Assembly: GCA_016208465.1 (NCBI GenBank)
Contig: JACQXZ010000012.1
Location: forward strand, 3,141 to 58,014
Direction of reading: 5' to 3'
DNA length: 54,874 nucleotides
Source of the DNA: Actinomycetota bacterium
GTDB taxonomy: Bacteria; Actinomycetota; Aquicultoria; JACQXZ01
Within the stretch, counting starts at the first letter, position 1. The number at the start of each line of letters is the position of its first letter. This document shows, piece by piece, positions 18,223 through 29,249 of the stretch. The notes beneath the pieces were generated by a model. That model had not been told where the DNA came from. It ran no database searches and was given only the letters and a program-made list of their open reading frames with translations. The position numbers were made by a program, and so were the translations under genes.

Positions 18223-20064
18223 CTAAAGACATTTTTCTGATTTCCTATAATTAGATAAAAAATAAGCTATAATAGACCACACCAAAAAAATCAGCAATAA
18301 AGCCATCAAGACTATGCCCTGATATTGATATCTGGAGCCACTAATATAAAACAAATCTATTGTAGTTAAAAAGGCATTAAAAACAAAATGGGCTATCATT
18401 GTTGATTCAATCCCATGGGTCAGAAAAAAAACACCCATAACCAAACCAACAACAGTCAATTCAATTCCCCGCAAATACACAGGAAAAACAGGATAACCGG
18501 AATGGCCAAAAGCCCAGAGAAGCGCTGGTAGTAATAGGGCTAGCGGCATCCACTTCAAGTAGCGTTTAGCCAATGGTATGCTAAACCAACGAAACAAAAT
18601 TTCCTCACCTATGGCGGCTTTTAACCCAATACTAAGAGGAATTAACCAAGCCCATTTGACTGATAAAAGAGAACTATAGTTTGGCATTGCAGGAGACCAA
18701 GCATGCAAGTATTTGGTCGCTGCCCAATAAAATAACACAACATATCCCAACATCAACCCAGCCAGACCATAACCTGCCACAGCCACTCTTGAAAAACCCG
18801 AAGTTAATCGCTTGCCAGATGATATATTTAGCAATATTAGCGACTTGGAAGAACCCAAATAACGTTGAGAAGCGGCGCTGGCAGTTAAAAAAGTTACCAC
18901 CTGAGCTCCATACAAAAAAACCACCCCCGCCACAGCAACAGCGATCACGCCAGCCAAATAAACCCCATAAGAAATGTCAGTTGTATAAGAAGAAACCGTA
19001 TATGCAAAACCAGAGATATTTTCAAATATAAAAATTACAACCACTACTAAAGACGCTATCAAAGCATACTTCCAAAACATTTTATATCTTTTAACTGCAA
19101 AATAAACAAAGAAACCAAACATAATCAGTCCCAGAAAACCAGTGATGACCGCAGAGATTAAAGCCATAAGATCACCTACGGACATATCTTTATTAAAACG
19201 GCGGCTCCATTTTTCTGGTGTATATATATATTCATTAAAATATGTAATGGATTCCCCCGAAAGACCTACTTCCATACGACGTTTGGCTCCTTTAATATCA
19301 AAGCGTCGTAACTCCCATTCGAAAATCCAATCAGTGCGTTTTTTTAAACGTTCACTATTCTTGCTCGTTAAACGATAATTTTCCAAAACATAACCGTTGT
19401 CTTTCAAAAAATTCTTAGCGCGGGATAAGGCAACTTTCTGGTTAAGTCGTGCTCCCGGGGCATCTTCTGATAGTGTACGTTCATAATAAAGCAAGCGTCC
19501 GCTAGCAGGATCTATGCTAAGATTAAATTCCTCTTCTGTAAGGTCTTTAAACCAGCGAATATCCCAAGATTGAAAAGGTAGGCCTGAATCAATAATTTTC
19601 TGTGCTTTACGAGAACCTACATTTTGATCTAAGAAGGTAAGAATTTCACCATCATAGGAGAAGGTTGATACTTTACTATAGCCAGGCGGCAGTTTGTGTA
19701 TTTTTAATAAATATTCCGTAGCAAGCTTCTCAGCTTTTGTTTTGTCAAAATTAAGATTGAGTGGTGACTGCCAAAACACTTTCTGGTGGAAGAGAACAAA
19801 AACTACAAAACCGATAATTCCAAAAAGTAACGGTCCCCAAGCTGAGCGCCGGGGCAAAACATAAGAGCTCACCAATTCTTTTTCATCACTGAAAAAACTA
19901 TGTTGTAATTCCTCAATTAGATGCAGTTTGCCATCAGACTTCCATTTAGACAGTTCTTCTTTTCCAATCTCACCATCCAGACCCTCGACTCCATATTGTC
20001 CCGGAGATATTTCATATACTGCTTTTTCATCTTGATTATCTATAAGACTACCAATACGTTTCAT
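18223..20064 (-). CDS. CPBP (Abi/CAAX) family intramembrane metalloprotease with large extracytoplasmic domain
   Basis: GEEILFR, WAFGH, AHFVFN motifs; many TMs. Confidence 0.85.
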   Translation of the reverse strand: MKRIGSLIDNQDEKAVYEISPGQYGVEGLDGEIGKEELSKWKSDGKLHLIEELQHSFFSDEKELVSSYVLPRRSAWGPLLFGIIGFVVFVLFHQKVFWQSPLNLNFDKTKAEKLATEYLLKIHKLPPGYSKVSTFSYDGEILTFLDQNVGSRKAQKIIDSGLPFQSWDIRWFKDLTEEEFNLSIDPASGRLLYYERTLSEDAPGARLNQKVALSRAKNFLKDNGYVLENYRLTSKNSERLKKRTDWIFEWELRRFDIKGAKRRMEVGLSGESITYFNEYIYTPEKWSRRFNKDMSVGDLMALISAVITGFLGLIMFGFFVYFAVKRYKMFWKYALIASLVVVVIFIFENISGFAYTVSSYTTDISYGVYLAGVIAVAVAGVVFLYGAQVVTFLTASAASQRYLGSSKSLILLNISSGKRLTSGFSRVAVAGYGLAGLMLGYVVLFYWAATKYLHAWSPAMPNYSSLLSVKWAWLIPLSIGLKAAIGEEILFRWFSIPLAKRYLKWMPLALLLPALLWAFGHSGYPVFPVYLRGIELTVVGLVMGVFFLTHGIESTMIAHFVFNAFLTTIDLFYISGSRYQYQGIVLMALLLIFLVWSIIAYFLSNYRKSEKCL

Positions 20065-20231
20065 ACCGACTCCGAAATAATTTTATTATTATCCTGCAAG
20101 AAATCTGAATAAAAATCCTTTTTATCTGTTCTTCAAAACATCAACAACTCCTTTTATTTCTCTCTCCGGATGTTTTAGATATTTTTGCATTTCAACAATA
20201 ATTCATTGCGATTTTAATGTTTCCAATTCAA

Positions 20232-22556
20232 TCAGACAACCAGCTTAAATCTTTTAAGCAATGCTGAATTGCTAACTACAGAAAGAGAACTTAAGGCCAT
20301 TGCGGCGGCAGCGATAATAGGATTTAAGAGGCCAAAGGCAGCGATAGGGATACTAATCGTATTATAAAAGAAAGCCCAGAAAAGGTTTTGTTTAATTTTT
20401 CTCATTGTAGCTTTGCTTAATTTAACACCAGCGACTACATCTCTGATATCATCTTTTACAAGGATAATTCCACCAGTTTCTTTAGCGATATCTGAACCTC
20501 CGCCAATAGCAATCCCTATATCAGACTGAGCTAGGGCCGGAGCATCGTTTATTCCATCTCCAACCATACTTACAACTTTGCCTTCTTTTTGAAGCTCTTT
20601 GATTATATTGGCTTTTTCCCACGGTAAAACATTGGCTATTATTCTATCTATTCCAACCTGAGCCGCAATAGCTTTAGCTGTTCGTTCATTATCACCAGTC
20701 AGCATAATTACTTCTATGCCTTCTTTTTTCAATTTTTCCACCGCTTCTTTTGAATGTCCCTTTAGGGTATCCGCTACAGCTATCAATCCGTAAATCTTTT
20801 CACCCTCAGCCAGAATCATTACAGTTTTGCCTTTCTCCTCCAAAGCCGCAATCTTTTCTTCCAAAGATCCAATCTCTATATTAAAATCATTCATTAATTT
20901 GCGATTGCCTAAAAGAATTCTCGAACCATTAATATCTACTTTAACTCCATGCCCCGGAACTGCCTCAAAATGACCAGGTTCAGAAATATTATTTATTTTC
21001 TTTTTCGCTTCCTTTATAATCGCTTCTCCTAAAGGATGTTCGGAGCCCTTTTCCGCGATTGCCGCCATCTTTAAAATTTCATCTTCCTTGGTTCCATTCA
21101 CAGAAATAATATCAGTTACCTCCGGCTCTCCTTTAGTTAAAGTACCCGTTTTATCAAACACTATCGTGGTTAGACTTTGGGCTCTTTCCAGATACTCTCC
21201 GCCTCTTATCAAAATACCATTCTCAGCTCCCTTGCCAACCCCAACCATTAAGGCGGCCGGAGTAGCAATTCCCAGCGCGCAGGGACAGGAAATAACCAGA
21301 ACCGCTACAAACGCGAGAACTGCCTGAGCCAAATTACCGGTCAATGTCCAAATGGTAAAAGAAAGAAAAGCTACTATTAAAACTGCTGGAACAAAATACG
21401 CGCTTGCTTTATCTGCCAGTCGCTGGATAGGCGCGCTTGAGGCTTGCGCCTCTTCAACCATCTTCACAATCTGCATAAGAGTAGTATTTGATCCAACTTT
21501 AGTTGCTTTAAATTTAAGTCTTCCAACCTTATTCAAGGTTGCGCCGATTACCTCATCGCCTGTTTTCTTTTCTACCGGAATGCTTTCACCGGTAATCATT
21601 TTTTCATCCACCGAAGAATGACCGTCTACCACTACTCCATCGGTCGGAATTTTTTCGCCCGGTCTGACTATTACAATATCTCCAACCTGTACATTTTCTG
21701 CCGGTATCTCAATTTCCTCACCGCTTTTTTCTATTCTGGCTATAGTGGGCCTCAGATCAATCAACTTTCTTACTGCCGCGCTGCTTCTCTTTTTAATAAT
21801 TTCTTCCATAAATTTCCCCAGCAAAACAAAAGCAATAATAATTGCCGCTACTTCAAAATAGACATCTTTTTCTTTGACCGGAAGAACTTTTGGAAAGAAA
21901 ACCACAAATACACTGTAGAAATAAGCAGTCAGTGTGCCAATAGAAATTAAAACATCCATATTCGCTCTTTTGTTTTTAAGAGCATTATATGCTCCAGTAT
22001 AAAACCCCCATCCGCCAATGAATTGAATGGGTGTTACAATAATAAACAACCAGACACCCCAGGTAAAATAAGGGAGAGCGGGAATGGGAACCCATGTAAC
22101 CAGCGTTGCTCCTGTCGCCAAACCAAGCATAACAACTACTCTTAAGAAAGCCAGAATCAAAACGCCTGAAAGAGCGACTGTCACTCGTCTTTTCATACTT
22201 CTGAGTTCCAGCTCTGGAGCTTCAAAAGTGCGCGCGCAGCTTTCCATGCAGAAATAATATTCTCTTCCGTCGATTACTCTTTTTATTGATTTATCTTTAT
22301 CTACTATCATTCCGCAGATAGGATCAACTGCTGTGTTTGGTCCTTTTTCTACCGAAGAAGGCATACCTTCATGAGCGCTCATTTTTGTCTGGGTTTTCTT
22401 TATGTTGCCTTCTTCATCAACGTATTCGTCAGGATTTAAATCAAATTTTTCTTTGCACTTAACATTACAGAAGTAATAAGTTTTTCCTTTATATTCACTT
22501 TTACCGGCCGCTTTGTTTTCATCTACGGTCATTCCGCAAATAGGATCAATAGGCAT
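20232..22556 (-). CDS. copA: P1B-1 Cu(I)-translocating P-type ATPase with two YHS/TRASH domains
   Basis: DPICGM...YYFC twice; CPC, DKTGT, YN, MALSS. Confidence 0.92.
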   Translation of the reverse strand: MPIDPICGMTVDENKAAGKSEYKGKTYYFCNVKCKEKFDLNPDEYVDEEGNIKKTQTKMSAHEGMPSSVEKGPNTAVDPICGMIVDKDKSIKRVIDGREYYFCMESCARTFEAPELELRSMKRRVTVALSGVLILAFLRVVVMLGLATGATLVTWVPIPALPYFTWGVWLFIIVTPIQFIGGWGFYTGAYNALKNKRANMDVLISIGTLTAYFYSVFVVFFPKVLPVKEKDVYFEVAAIIIAFVLLGKFMEEIIKKRSSAAVRKLIDLRPTIARIEKSGEEIEIPAENVQVGDIVIVRPGEKIPTDGVVVDGHSSVDEKMITGESIPVEKKTGDEVIGATLNKVGRLKFKATKVGSNTTLMQIVKMVEEAQASSAPIQRLADKASAYFVPAVLIVAFLSFTIWTLTGNLAQAVLAFVAVLVISCPCALGIATPAALMVGVGKGAENGILIRGGEYLERAQSLTTIVFDKTGTLTKGEPEVTDIISVNGTKEDEILKMAAIAEKGSEHPLGEAIIKEAKKKINNISEPGHFEAVPGHGVKVDINGSRILLGNRKLMNDFNIEIGSLEEKIAALEEKGKTVMILAEGEKIYGLIAVADTLKGHSKEAVEKLKKEGIEVIMLTGDNERTAKAIAAQVGIDRIIANVLPWEKANIIKELQKEGKVVSMVGDGINDAPALAQSDIGIAIGGGSDIAKETGGIILVKDDIRDVVAGVKLSKATMRKIKQNLFWAFFYNTISIPIAAFGLLNPIIAAAAMALSSLSVVSNSALLKRFKLVV

Positions 22557-22626
22557 TTTAATATCTCTCCTTTTTAGATTTTATCAATAATTTGATGTTC
22601 CCTTTTTATTTTGGAAATCCTTTTAT

Positions 22627-22670
22627 ATACCCCATAAGGGTATCGTATAACGGTTTGTTATCTGTGTCAA
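22627..22670 (-). promoter_or_regulatory. copA promoter with CsoR-type operator
   Basis: TTGACA-17-TACGAT on minus strand; ATACCCCATAAGGGTAT pseudo-palindrome at 22627-22643. Confidence 0.72.
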
Positions 22671-22727
22671 GATATGGCTGATAGGAATTAGGGTTGCGTG
22701 CAGCATTAAACGAAGTCTTGTCTATGT

Positions 22728-23135
22728 CTAAATTTGAAGAGGATCAATTCTTTTAATTTCTTTAATCTGTTTAAAATCGTTATCGGTGCTGATAGTTGTA
22801 TCAATCTTATTATTCAGCATTACCGCTGCATGAATAGCATCTCTGGGTTTAATTTTAGGATACTTTTCCAGAAAGTCTCTAGCTAATAGAAGATCTTTTC
22901 GGTCTACTCTTAAAATTATTGGTATAAGCTTATCAAAATCAGAAAAAACCTGAAATCCTTTATCGAGTTTTCTGATGCTCCAATAACGATAAAGAATTTC
23001 TTGAAGAACCTCTGAATCAGATACTGCATCAATTTCTCCATCACTTATTCTTTTTAAAATATTTAGACAAGGATTTTTATACTTATGTTCCTTACCCGCT
23101 GCATACATAATTATATTGGTATCGATAAAAATCAT
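22728..23135 (-). CDS. vapC: VapC PIN-domain toxin
   Basis: MIFIDTNII, EVLQE, RDAIHAA, STDNDF; ATG 23135 overlaps the antitoxin stop (ATGA). Confidence 0.88.
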   Translation of the reverse strand: MIFIDTNIIMYAAGKEHKYKNPCLNILKRISDGEIDAVSDSEVLQEILYRYWSIRKLDKGFQVFSDFDKLIPIILRVDRKDLLLARDFLEKYPKIKPRDAIHAAVMLNNKIDTTISTDNDFKQIKEIKRIDPLQI

Positions 23136-23389
23136 TTCTTTCTCTTTCCCAAAGCGCCAAGAATAATCTCTTCTTCCATAGACTCCCAATCTGATACAGG
23201 AAGATTCATTTTAGAGAGACGCTTAATAATTTCTTCTTTTTCCTTAGATTCTTTCTTTAAATATTTTTCTTCCACTGCTTCACGAATTAAAGCTCCGACA
23301 GATTTCTTTTTCTTTCGGGCGATTCTTTCTAAAAAAGCATATTTATCTTTGGCAAAGAGTACCTGAGTTCTTTTATTTAGAGTCCCCAT
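23132..23389 (-). CDS. Ribbon-helix-helix (CopG-like) antitoxin
   Basis: KRTQVLF...SVGALIREAVE; coupled to the PIN gene. Confidence 0.8.
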   Translation of the reverse strand: MGTLNKRTQVLFAKDKYAFLERIARKKKKSVGALIREAVEEKYLKKESKEKEEIIKRLSKMNLPVSDWESMEEEIILGALGKRKK

Positions 23390-23402
23390 TGTTCCTCCTT
23401 AA

Positions 23403-23446
23403 TATACACATATTTACAATTATACACATATCAATTATTTCGTCAA
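23403..23446 (-). promoter_or_regulatory. TA promoter with two 11-bp direct repeats (probable autorepression sites)
   Basis: TTGACG-16-TATAAT; TATACACATAT at 23403-23413 and 23421-23431. Confidence 0.6.
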
Positions 23447-23483
23447 GAATAGTTTATTGCCAAACTAAAAACAGAACAAAATA

Positions 23484-23508
23484 TCATGCTGAACTTGTTT
23501 CAGCATCT
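23484..23508. repeat. REP-like palindrome TCATGCTGAACTTGTTTCAGCATCT
   Basis: 8-bp stem ATGCTGAA/TTCAGCAT just downstream of the hsdR stop; may double as a terminator. Confidence 0.6.
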
Positions 23509-23530
23509 AATAGTAAAAGAGATACCTAAC

Positions 23531-26500
23531 TTATTCTTCGCCCTCGTTGAATCGATTATAAATCTTCTTTGTCAGCCATTCCCTTACTTCCTGTTTAAAT
23601 TCTGAATTTTCCATAATCTTTTCAAATATACCCTGATTCGCGTCCATTCTATCTATTAAAGTTTGAATAAATGCTTCTTCAAACGCGTATTTGAAATTTT
23701 CGATTGGATTGTTTTTAGCTCTTACCCTTAGTTCTTCATTTTCATAAAGCGCCTGTTCAATCTGTTCAAAATACAAACGGTCCGCTTCTGTAAAGTCTGT
23801 GCCAAACCTATCATTCAATAATTTAATAATATTTGAAAGTTTTTCTTTTTCATCTTTTGGTTTACTTATCCCGGCTTCCGTGACAGGGTCAAGACCATAC
23901 CCGCCCTGAATCTGAAGAACCAAATCACCTTCAGCGATTTTTTGAAGCCTGTAATATTCCAGAGCTACTTCATTGTCAAGCTTTAATCTTTCTATATAAT
24001 CAGTTTTAGGCAGTTTGGTTAATAAAAACCGTCCGTAAGAATATAGTTTCTCTAATTCAACATCCTGAAACGGCATAATCTGGGACAGGAAAGAATAGAG
24101 ACGGACAAAAGATGTCATCGACTTTTTAAATTCATCCTGTGGTTCTTCTTCCAATTCTTTATACCGATCAACAGCCGGATCTATATACGCGTATAATTTT
24201 GCCTGATCTTTTACTGAAGCATTGCCGGGTTTATAAAATACTTTTGAAAAGGCATCAATTTCTGACTGATAATAAACTTGTGCTTTATCAGTAATTTCCT
24301 TCAAATCATACAAATGATTCGGATCGGTGACATCTGTCATAGTAGTCAGCTCATAATATGGTTGAAATGAATCAATGATCGTCTGGCGATCATTCGCGAA
24401 ATCAAGTACAAACGTATTTTCTTTTCCGGGACAGGTTCTGTTTAATCGCGATAAAGTCTGAACCGCTCTTACTCCTGATAGTTTTTTATCCACGTACATT
24501 GTATGCAGTAAGGGCTGGTCGAAACCATATTGGTATTTATCCGCGACAAGTAAAACCTGATATTCGGGAGTTGAGAATTTTTCGGGTAGTTCCTTTTCCC
24601 CAAACTTGTTTAATTGTGTTTCAGTAACACCTTCAGGAAATATGTCGTCGATCACAGTGCCTGAAAAAGCAACCAAGGGTTTAATGTTGGAATAGCCTTT
24701 TTCTTTAATGTAATCCTTAAATTCCAGATAAAACCGCAAGGCATGTTTGCGGGACGCGGTTACAACCATCGCTTTTGCTTTTCCGCCAATTTTCTTCATC
24801 GTTATCTGTCTGAAATGCTCCACTATCACTTCTGTTTTTTGGGCAAGATTCGTCGGATGCAATGAAGCAAACCTGCCAATGGCTTTTGCTGCTTTTCTTT
24901 TATTCAGTTCCGGATCATCCTCAATAGTTTTACAGAACTGATAATAAGTTTCATAGGTCGTGTAATTCTTGAGAACATCCAGAATAAATCCTTCTTCAAT
25001 AGCCTGCCGCATAGAATACAGATGAAACGGTACTGGTTTGCCTTCGGCGTCTTTCATTCCGAACACTTCCAGTGTCTTTGCTTTGGGTGTTGCCGTAAAA
25101 GCAAAAAGACTGATGTTTTTCTGCGGACCTCTTTTAAGAATAGTTTCCCTGATATAGTCATCTTCATCCGCGACACTGTTCTCAATTTCACTTTCAACTT
25201 TAGCGGATTCTTCCAATGAAACATTTTTACCCACTAATGCTTCCGTCATTTTACGGCTGGCTTCACCGCCCTGACTGCTGTGTGCCTCATCAATAATGAC
25301 CGCGTAACTGCGGTTCGGAGCTTCGGTAAGATGATTTAAAGCAAAAGGAAATTTCTGCAAAGTCGTAATGATAATATTGAGTCCTGATGTTATCGCGTCC
25401 GCCAATTGTCTGGAATCTACATCTATACGCTGAACAACGCCTGTTTTATGTTCAAATTGGTAAATAGTATTCTGCAATTGCTGGTCGAGCACATTTCGGT
25501 CGGTTATGACAATAATTGAATCAAATACCTTTTCGTCTTTTTCGTTATATAGAGACGATAGTCTGTAAGCCAGCCAGGCAATCGAGTTGCTTTTTCCACT
25601 TCCCGCCGAATGCTCTATGAGATACCTTTTACCCGTTCCATTAGTTTTTGAATCCGCGGTTAATTTTCTCACCACATCGAGTTGATGAAAACGGGGAAAC
25701 AAAATGGTTTCTTTATAATACTTTTTTCCATCAACCCGGTATTCATCTTTTTGAAGATGCATAAAACGTCCGATGATTTCAAGCCAACTGTCAACACTGA
25801 GAATTTCCTCCCAGAAATAAGCAGAGCGGTAAGTTGTATAACCTGTGGACGGAGGATTGCCGGCGCCATTGTTAAAACCCTTATTGAAAGGGAAAAATCG
25901 GGTGCCGCTGCCTTCGAGTTTAGTGGTAAAATAAACCTCGTCAGGATCAACCGTAAAATGAACCAACGCCCTTTTTTTGAATTGGAATAATAATTCTCTC
26001 GAGTCGCGGCTGGTTCGGTATTGTTCCATAGCTTCGTCTACCCTTTGCCCGGTAAAATGACTCTTTAGTTCAATCGTTGCTATGGGTAGACCATTTAGAG
26101 AAAGCAAAAGGTCAATGCTTTTATTGTTTTTTGATGAGAAGCGAACCTGCCGTGTGACATACAACCTGTTACAATTGTATTGGGCAAGTGTATCAGGATT
26201 AAGTTTGCTGTCGGGTTTGAAGTAAGCCAGTCTGAATTTTATGCCGCTATCGGTGATGCCGTGACGAATGACATCCAGCGTTCCCCGCAAATCCAGTTCT
26301 TTAAACAAGCGCTGAATGAATTTGTTTTCCGCGTCTTCCTTGTAATATGATTTCAGCTTTTCCCATTCTTTAGACTGAGATTCCTGAATAAATGAGAGAA
26401 CAGCCTTTTTATCCATCGCAAGGTCGGGGCTGAAATCAGAAGCATTGCCTTCTGTCCAGCCATTGGAGCTCAAATGAAACATAGGCAAGCGCAAGCTATC

Positions 26501-27472
26501 TACTGTAGATTTGGCATTATATCGCAGAATCTCTTTTATTAAGTTAATCTTTAGATAATAAAATAAATATTTTCCAATTACTTCTTTAAAATGACTAATC
26601 CTGTAAACTCTTTGATGATAATCAAATTCACCATTGTAATAATGAAATACTTTAGCAACGCCAACTCCATCACCAGCTGTTAAAATTGCTTCTCCTGCAA
26701 ATGAGTAAGAATTTATTCTTTCTATCTCTTGTGACCTTACAAAGAATGGATACATTCCGTCCTCAACTCTATCCTCAGTATTTTTCTCTCCAGTTTTAAT
26801 TTCACTTAGATATTTTAATCTTTTTACTTCCCAATGCGCAGGAATATCGCCCAGCCACTCAATGCCGCTAGATTTAAGTTTTACGTCCGGGTCAATGCCT
26901 TTGGTTACCGCCTGATTGATAATCGTCGTCCGTTCTTCTTTCAAAAGCCCAATCAGCTTTTGCTTGTTGGTAATGAGAGTATCTGTCTGAGAGGTTTTTT
27001 GGTCTAAGTAGTTAGCAATAGCGGTTTGTTCGTCTGGGGACGGCAAAGGCAAATGGTTCTGATAAGCATCTTCTCTATTTAATCCAGGAACTCCTGTATC
27101 TCTTGAAAAGGTGTCCAACCCCAATTGCTGCAATCCATAAAATAGCCATCTGAGATTAGTATTAGTTTTGTCCGAATCAATATAATAGGTGGTATCTATT
27201 GGGAAACACTTTTCGTCAGACCAATTCACCTTGCCAAAAGAACCCTTTCTGCCAACAATAATACATGGGGCCTTTGAAATGGCTGTTAAATGGAAACCTG
27301 TTACGCCATTAGAACCAAATACTGGGAAATCACCAGCTTCCCTGTCATTGACAGACAAAGATTCACCATATTCAAGGCGGCAAATCCACTTCAACCTACT
27401 CTTATCCCAATGCTCTGGAATCTCACCAATCCACTCAACTCCTGAAGGTTTATATTTCTCGTAACGCTCCAT
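23531..27472 (-). CDS. hsdR: Type I RM HsdS-HsdR in-frame fusion
   Basis: About 332 N-terminal aa HsdS-like (SGVEWIGEIPEHW, EQTAIANYLD, SGIEWLGDIPAHW), then HsdR (NGLPIATIELK, HSAGSGKS, DEAH). Confidence 0.85.
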   Translation of the reverse strand: MERYEKYKPSGVEWIGEIPEHWDKSRLKWICRLEYGESLSVNDREAGDFPVFGSNGVTGFHLTAISKAPCIIVGRKGSFGKVNWSDEKCFPIDTTYYIDSDKTNTNLRWLFYGLQQLGLDTFSRDTGVPGLNREDAYQNHLPLPSPDEQTAIANYLDQKTSQTDTLITNKQKLIGLLKEERTTIINQAVTKGIDPDVKLKSSGIEWLGDIPAHWEVKRLKYLSEIKTGEKNTEDRVEDGMYPFFVRSQEIERINSYSFAGEAILTAGDGVGVAKVFHYYNGEFDYHQRVYRISHFKEVIGKYLFYYLKINLIKEILRYNAKSTVDSLRLPMFHLSSNGWTEGNASDFSPDLAMDKKAVLSFIQESQSKEWEKLKSYYKEDAENKFIQRLFKELDLRGTLDVIRHGITDSGIKFRLAYFKPDSKLNPDTLAQYNCNRLYVTRQVRFSSKNNKSIDLLLSLNGLPIATIELKSHFTGQRVDEAMEQYRTSRDSRELLFQFKKRALVHFTVDPDEVYFTTKLEGSGTRFFPFNKGFNNGAGNPPSTGYTTYRSAYFWEEILSVDSWLEIIGRFMHLQKDEYRVDGKKYYKETILFPRFHQLDVVRKLTADSKTNGTGKRYLIEHSAGSGKSNSIAWLAYRLSSLYNEKDEKVFDSIIVITDRNVLDQQLQNTIYQFEHKTGVVQRIDVDSRQLADAITSGLNIIITTLQKFPFALNHLTEAPNRSYAVIIDEAHSSQGGEASRKMTEALVGKNVSLEESAKVESEIENSVADEDDYIRETILKRGPQKNISLFAFTATPKAKTLEVFGMKDAEGKPVPFHLYSMRQAIEEGFILDVLKNYTTYETYYQFCKTIEDDPELNKRKAAKAIGRFASLHPTNLAQKTEVIVEHFRQITMKKIGGKAKAMVVTASRKHALRFYLEFKDYIKEKGYSNIKPLVAFSGTVIDDIFPEGVTETQLNKFGEKELPEKFSTPEYQVLLVADKYQYGFDQPLLHTMYVDKKLSGVRAVQTLSRLNRTCPGKENTFVLDFANDRQTIIDSFQPYYELTTMTDVTDPNHLYDLKEITDKAQVYYQSEIDAFSKVFYKPGNASVKDQAKLYAYIDPAVDRYKELEEEPQDEFKKSMTSFVRLYSFLSQIMPFQDVELEKLYSYGRFLLTKLPKTDYIERLKLDNEVALEYYRLQKIAEGDLVLQIQGGYGLDPVTEAGISKPKDEKEKLSNIIKLLNDRFGTDFTEADRLYFEQIEQALYENEELRVRAKNNPIENFKYAFEEAFIQTLIDRMDANQGIFEKIMENSEFKQEVREWLTKKIYNRFNEGEE

Positions 27473-29247
27473 TATCGAATCACTTCTTTTATCATCCCAT
27501 CAGTTTCAGCTTCCAACGCCAGAATATCTTTGCGTATTTCTCCCAGACTTCTCAGTGGTTTATATTTATAAAAGTATTTGGTAAAGTTAATTTCGTAACC
27601 AACCTTAGTTTTACCGTGATCAATCCAGGCATCCGACAGATGAGGCAAAACTTCGCGTTCAAAGTATTTCTCTGCGTCTTCTTTTGATGGCACATTTTCA
27701 GAATCCCTTAAATCAGAATCAGGCACGGGGTTTCCTTTGTGGTCTTTTTCAATTTCGCCTTGCTCGTTGCGTTTGGGTCGTTCTACTGTTATCCGTTGAG
27801 ATCCAAAATCTTCATTATCAAAAATCTTGCAATAAGGTCCTTCTTCAAAATCGCTGTAAATTTTGGTAATCCGTTTAATGGCTTCTTCGTGTATCTCTTT
27901 TCGTTTATTGCCTAAACTGCGAAGCATTTTGCTATAAAATGGATTGTCTTTATCTTCCTTGTCCGCTCCGGTGACATTAATCAATTGCACCTTTCCTTTT
28001 CGTTCCGGGCTTTTTCTGTCGGTTACTATCCAAATATAAGTAGCAATGCCAGTATTGTAAAACAACTGGTCCGGCATAGCGACAATGGCTTCCAGCATAT
28101 CATTTTCAATAATCCACTTTCGGATATTACTGGGACCGCTTCCCGCGCCGCCGCTAAACAAAGGCGAGCCATTGAAAACAATCGCAATGCGGCTTCCAAC
28201 ATCCCCCTTACCCCCTTCAAAGGGGGATTTTTTTGTATGTTTCATTTTGCTGATCATGTGCTGTAAAAACAGCAATGAACCATCGCTGATTGAAGGCAAT
28301 CCAGCCCCAAAACGTCCGGCAAAGCCTCTGCTTTCGTATTCATCCTTTATGTGCTTCTGGGCTTTTTTCCAGTCCACTCCAAAAGGCGGATTGCTCAACA
28401 TATAATCAAAAGTTTCGTCTTCCAAGCCATCCTGGGTAAAACTGTTGCCAAATTTTATGTTTGCCGGATTTTGACCTTTAATTAACATGTCCGATTTGCA
28501 AATGGCATAGGATTCCGGATTAATTTCCTGTCCGAATAGCTCCAGCCGCGCGCCCTTGTTAAGATCGTGAAGATATTCGTCCGCGATAGAAAGCATACCG
28601 CCAGTACCGCAAGCCGGGTCGTAAAGCGTTTTCACGATACCTTCTTTTCTTAAAATATCTTTATCATCCACGAAAAGCAGATTTACCATCAGGCGGATGA
28701 CTTCTCTTGGGGTAAAATGTTCCCCGGCAGTTTCATTGCTAAGTTCGGCAAATTTTCGGATCAACTCTTCAAAAATGTATCCCATCTCCATGGTATCAAC
28801 ATCTTTAAAAGCGTCACCTTTTTTCGAAAATTCTTTTATGATTAAATACAACAGGTCATATTCGTCCAGTTTTTTAATTTGATCTTCAAAGCTGAAATAA
28901 TCAATTATCTCTTTCGCGCTGATTGAGAAACCATTGATGTAGTTGCGAAGATTCGCGGCGACATTATTATGGTCATTAGCAAGTTCATTAAAATCAAATT
29001 TGCTGCGGTTATAGAATTTAACCTTGGTAACTCCATTTAAAATAGGTTCCAGTACTTCCGGTTTTTTATCCTTGTGTTTTTGATATGCTTTCAGTACCTC
29101 TTTTTTTGTAGGTTCAAGCACCATATCCAGCCTTCTCAGCACCGTAAAAGGCAGGATAACTTTTCCATAATCAGCCTGTTTGTAATGCCCTCGCAGTAAA
29201 TCGGCAATGGACCAGATGAAGTTTGCTTTTTCTCTAAAATTGTTCAT
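27472..29247 (-). CDS. hsdM: Type I RM DNA methyltransferase subunit M
   Basis: GEHFTPRE, DPACGTGG, NPPF; TAATG overlap with the next gene. Confidence 0.95.
   Translation of the reverse strand: MNNFREKANFIWSIADLLRGHYKQADYGKVILPFTVLRRLDMVLEPTKKEVLKAYQKHKDKKPEVLEPILNGVTKVKFYNRSKFDFNELANDHNNVAANLRNYINGFSISAKEIIDYFSFEDQIKKLDEYDLLYLIIKEFSKKGDAFKDVDTMEMGYIFEELIRKFAELSNETAGEHFTPREVIRLMVNLLFVDDKDILRKEGIVKTLYDPACGTGGMLSIADEYLHDLNKGARLELFGQEINPESYAICKSDMLIKGQNPANIKFGNSFTQDGLEDETFDYMLSNPPFGVDWKKAQKHIKDEYESRGFAGRFGAGLPSISDGSLLFLQHMISKMKHTKKSPFEGGKGDVGSRIAIVFNGSPLFSGGAGSGPSNIRKWIIENDMLEAIVAMPDQLFYNTGIATYIWIVTDRKSPERKGKVQLINVTGADKEDKDNPFYSKMLRSLGNKRKEIHEEAIKRITKIYSDFEEGPYCKIFDNEDFGSQRITVERPKRNEQGEIEKDHKGNPVPDSDLRDSENVPSKEDAEKYFEREVLPHLSDAWIDHGKTKVGYEINFTKYFYKYKPLRSLGEIRKDILALEAETDGMIKEVIR
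28201..28230. repeat. GC-rich palindromic repeat in frame in hsdM
   Basis: CCCCCTT-CA-AAGGGGG hairpin plus AAGGGGGAT arm; encodes KSPFEGGKGD. Confidence 0.6.
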
Positions 29248-29249
29248 AT

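Noticed and set aside
23136-23189. Longer N-terminus of the second VapC
   Set aside because: Overlaps the antitoxin; ATG 23135 gives a canonical PIN start with ATGA coupling
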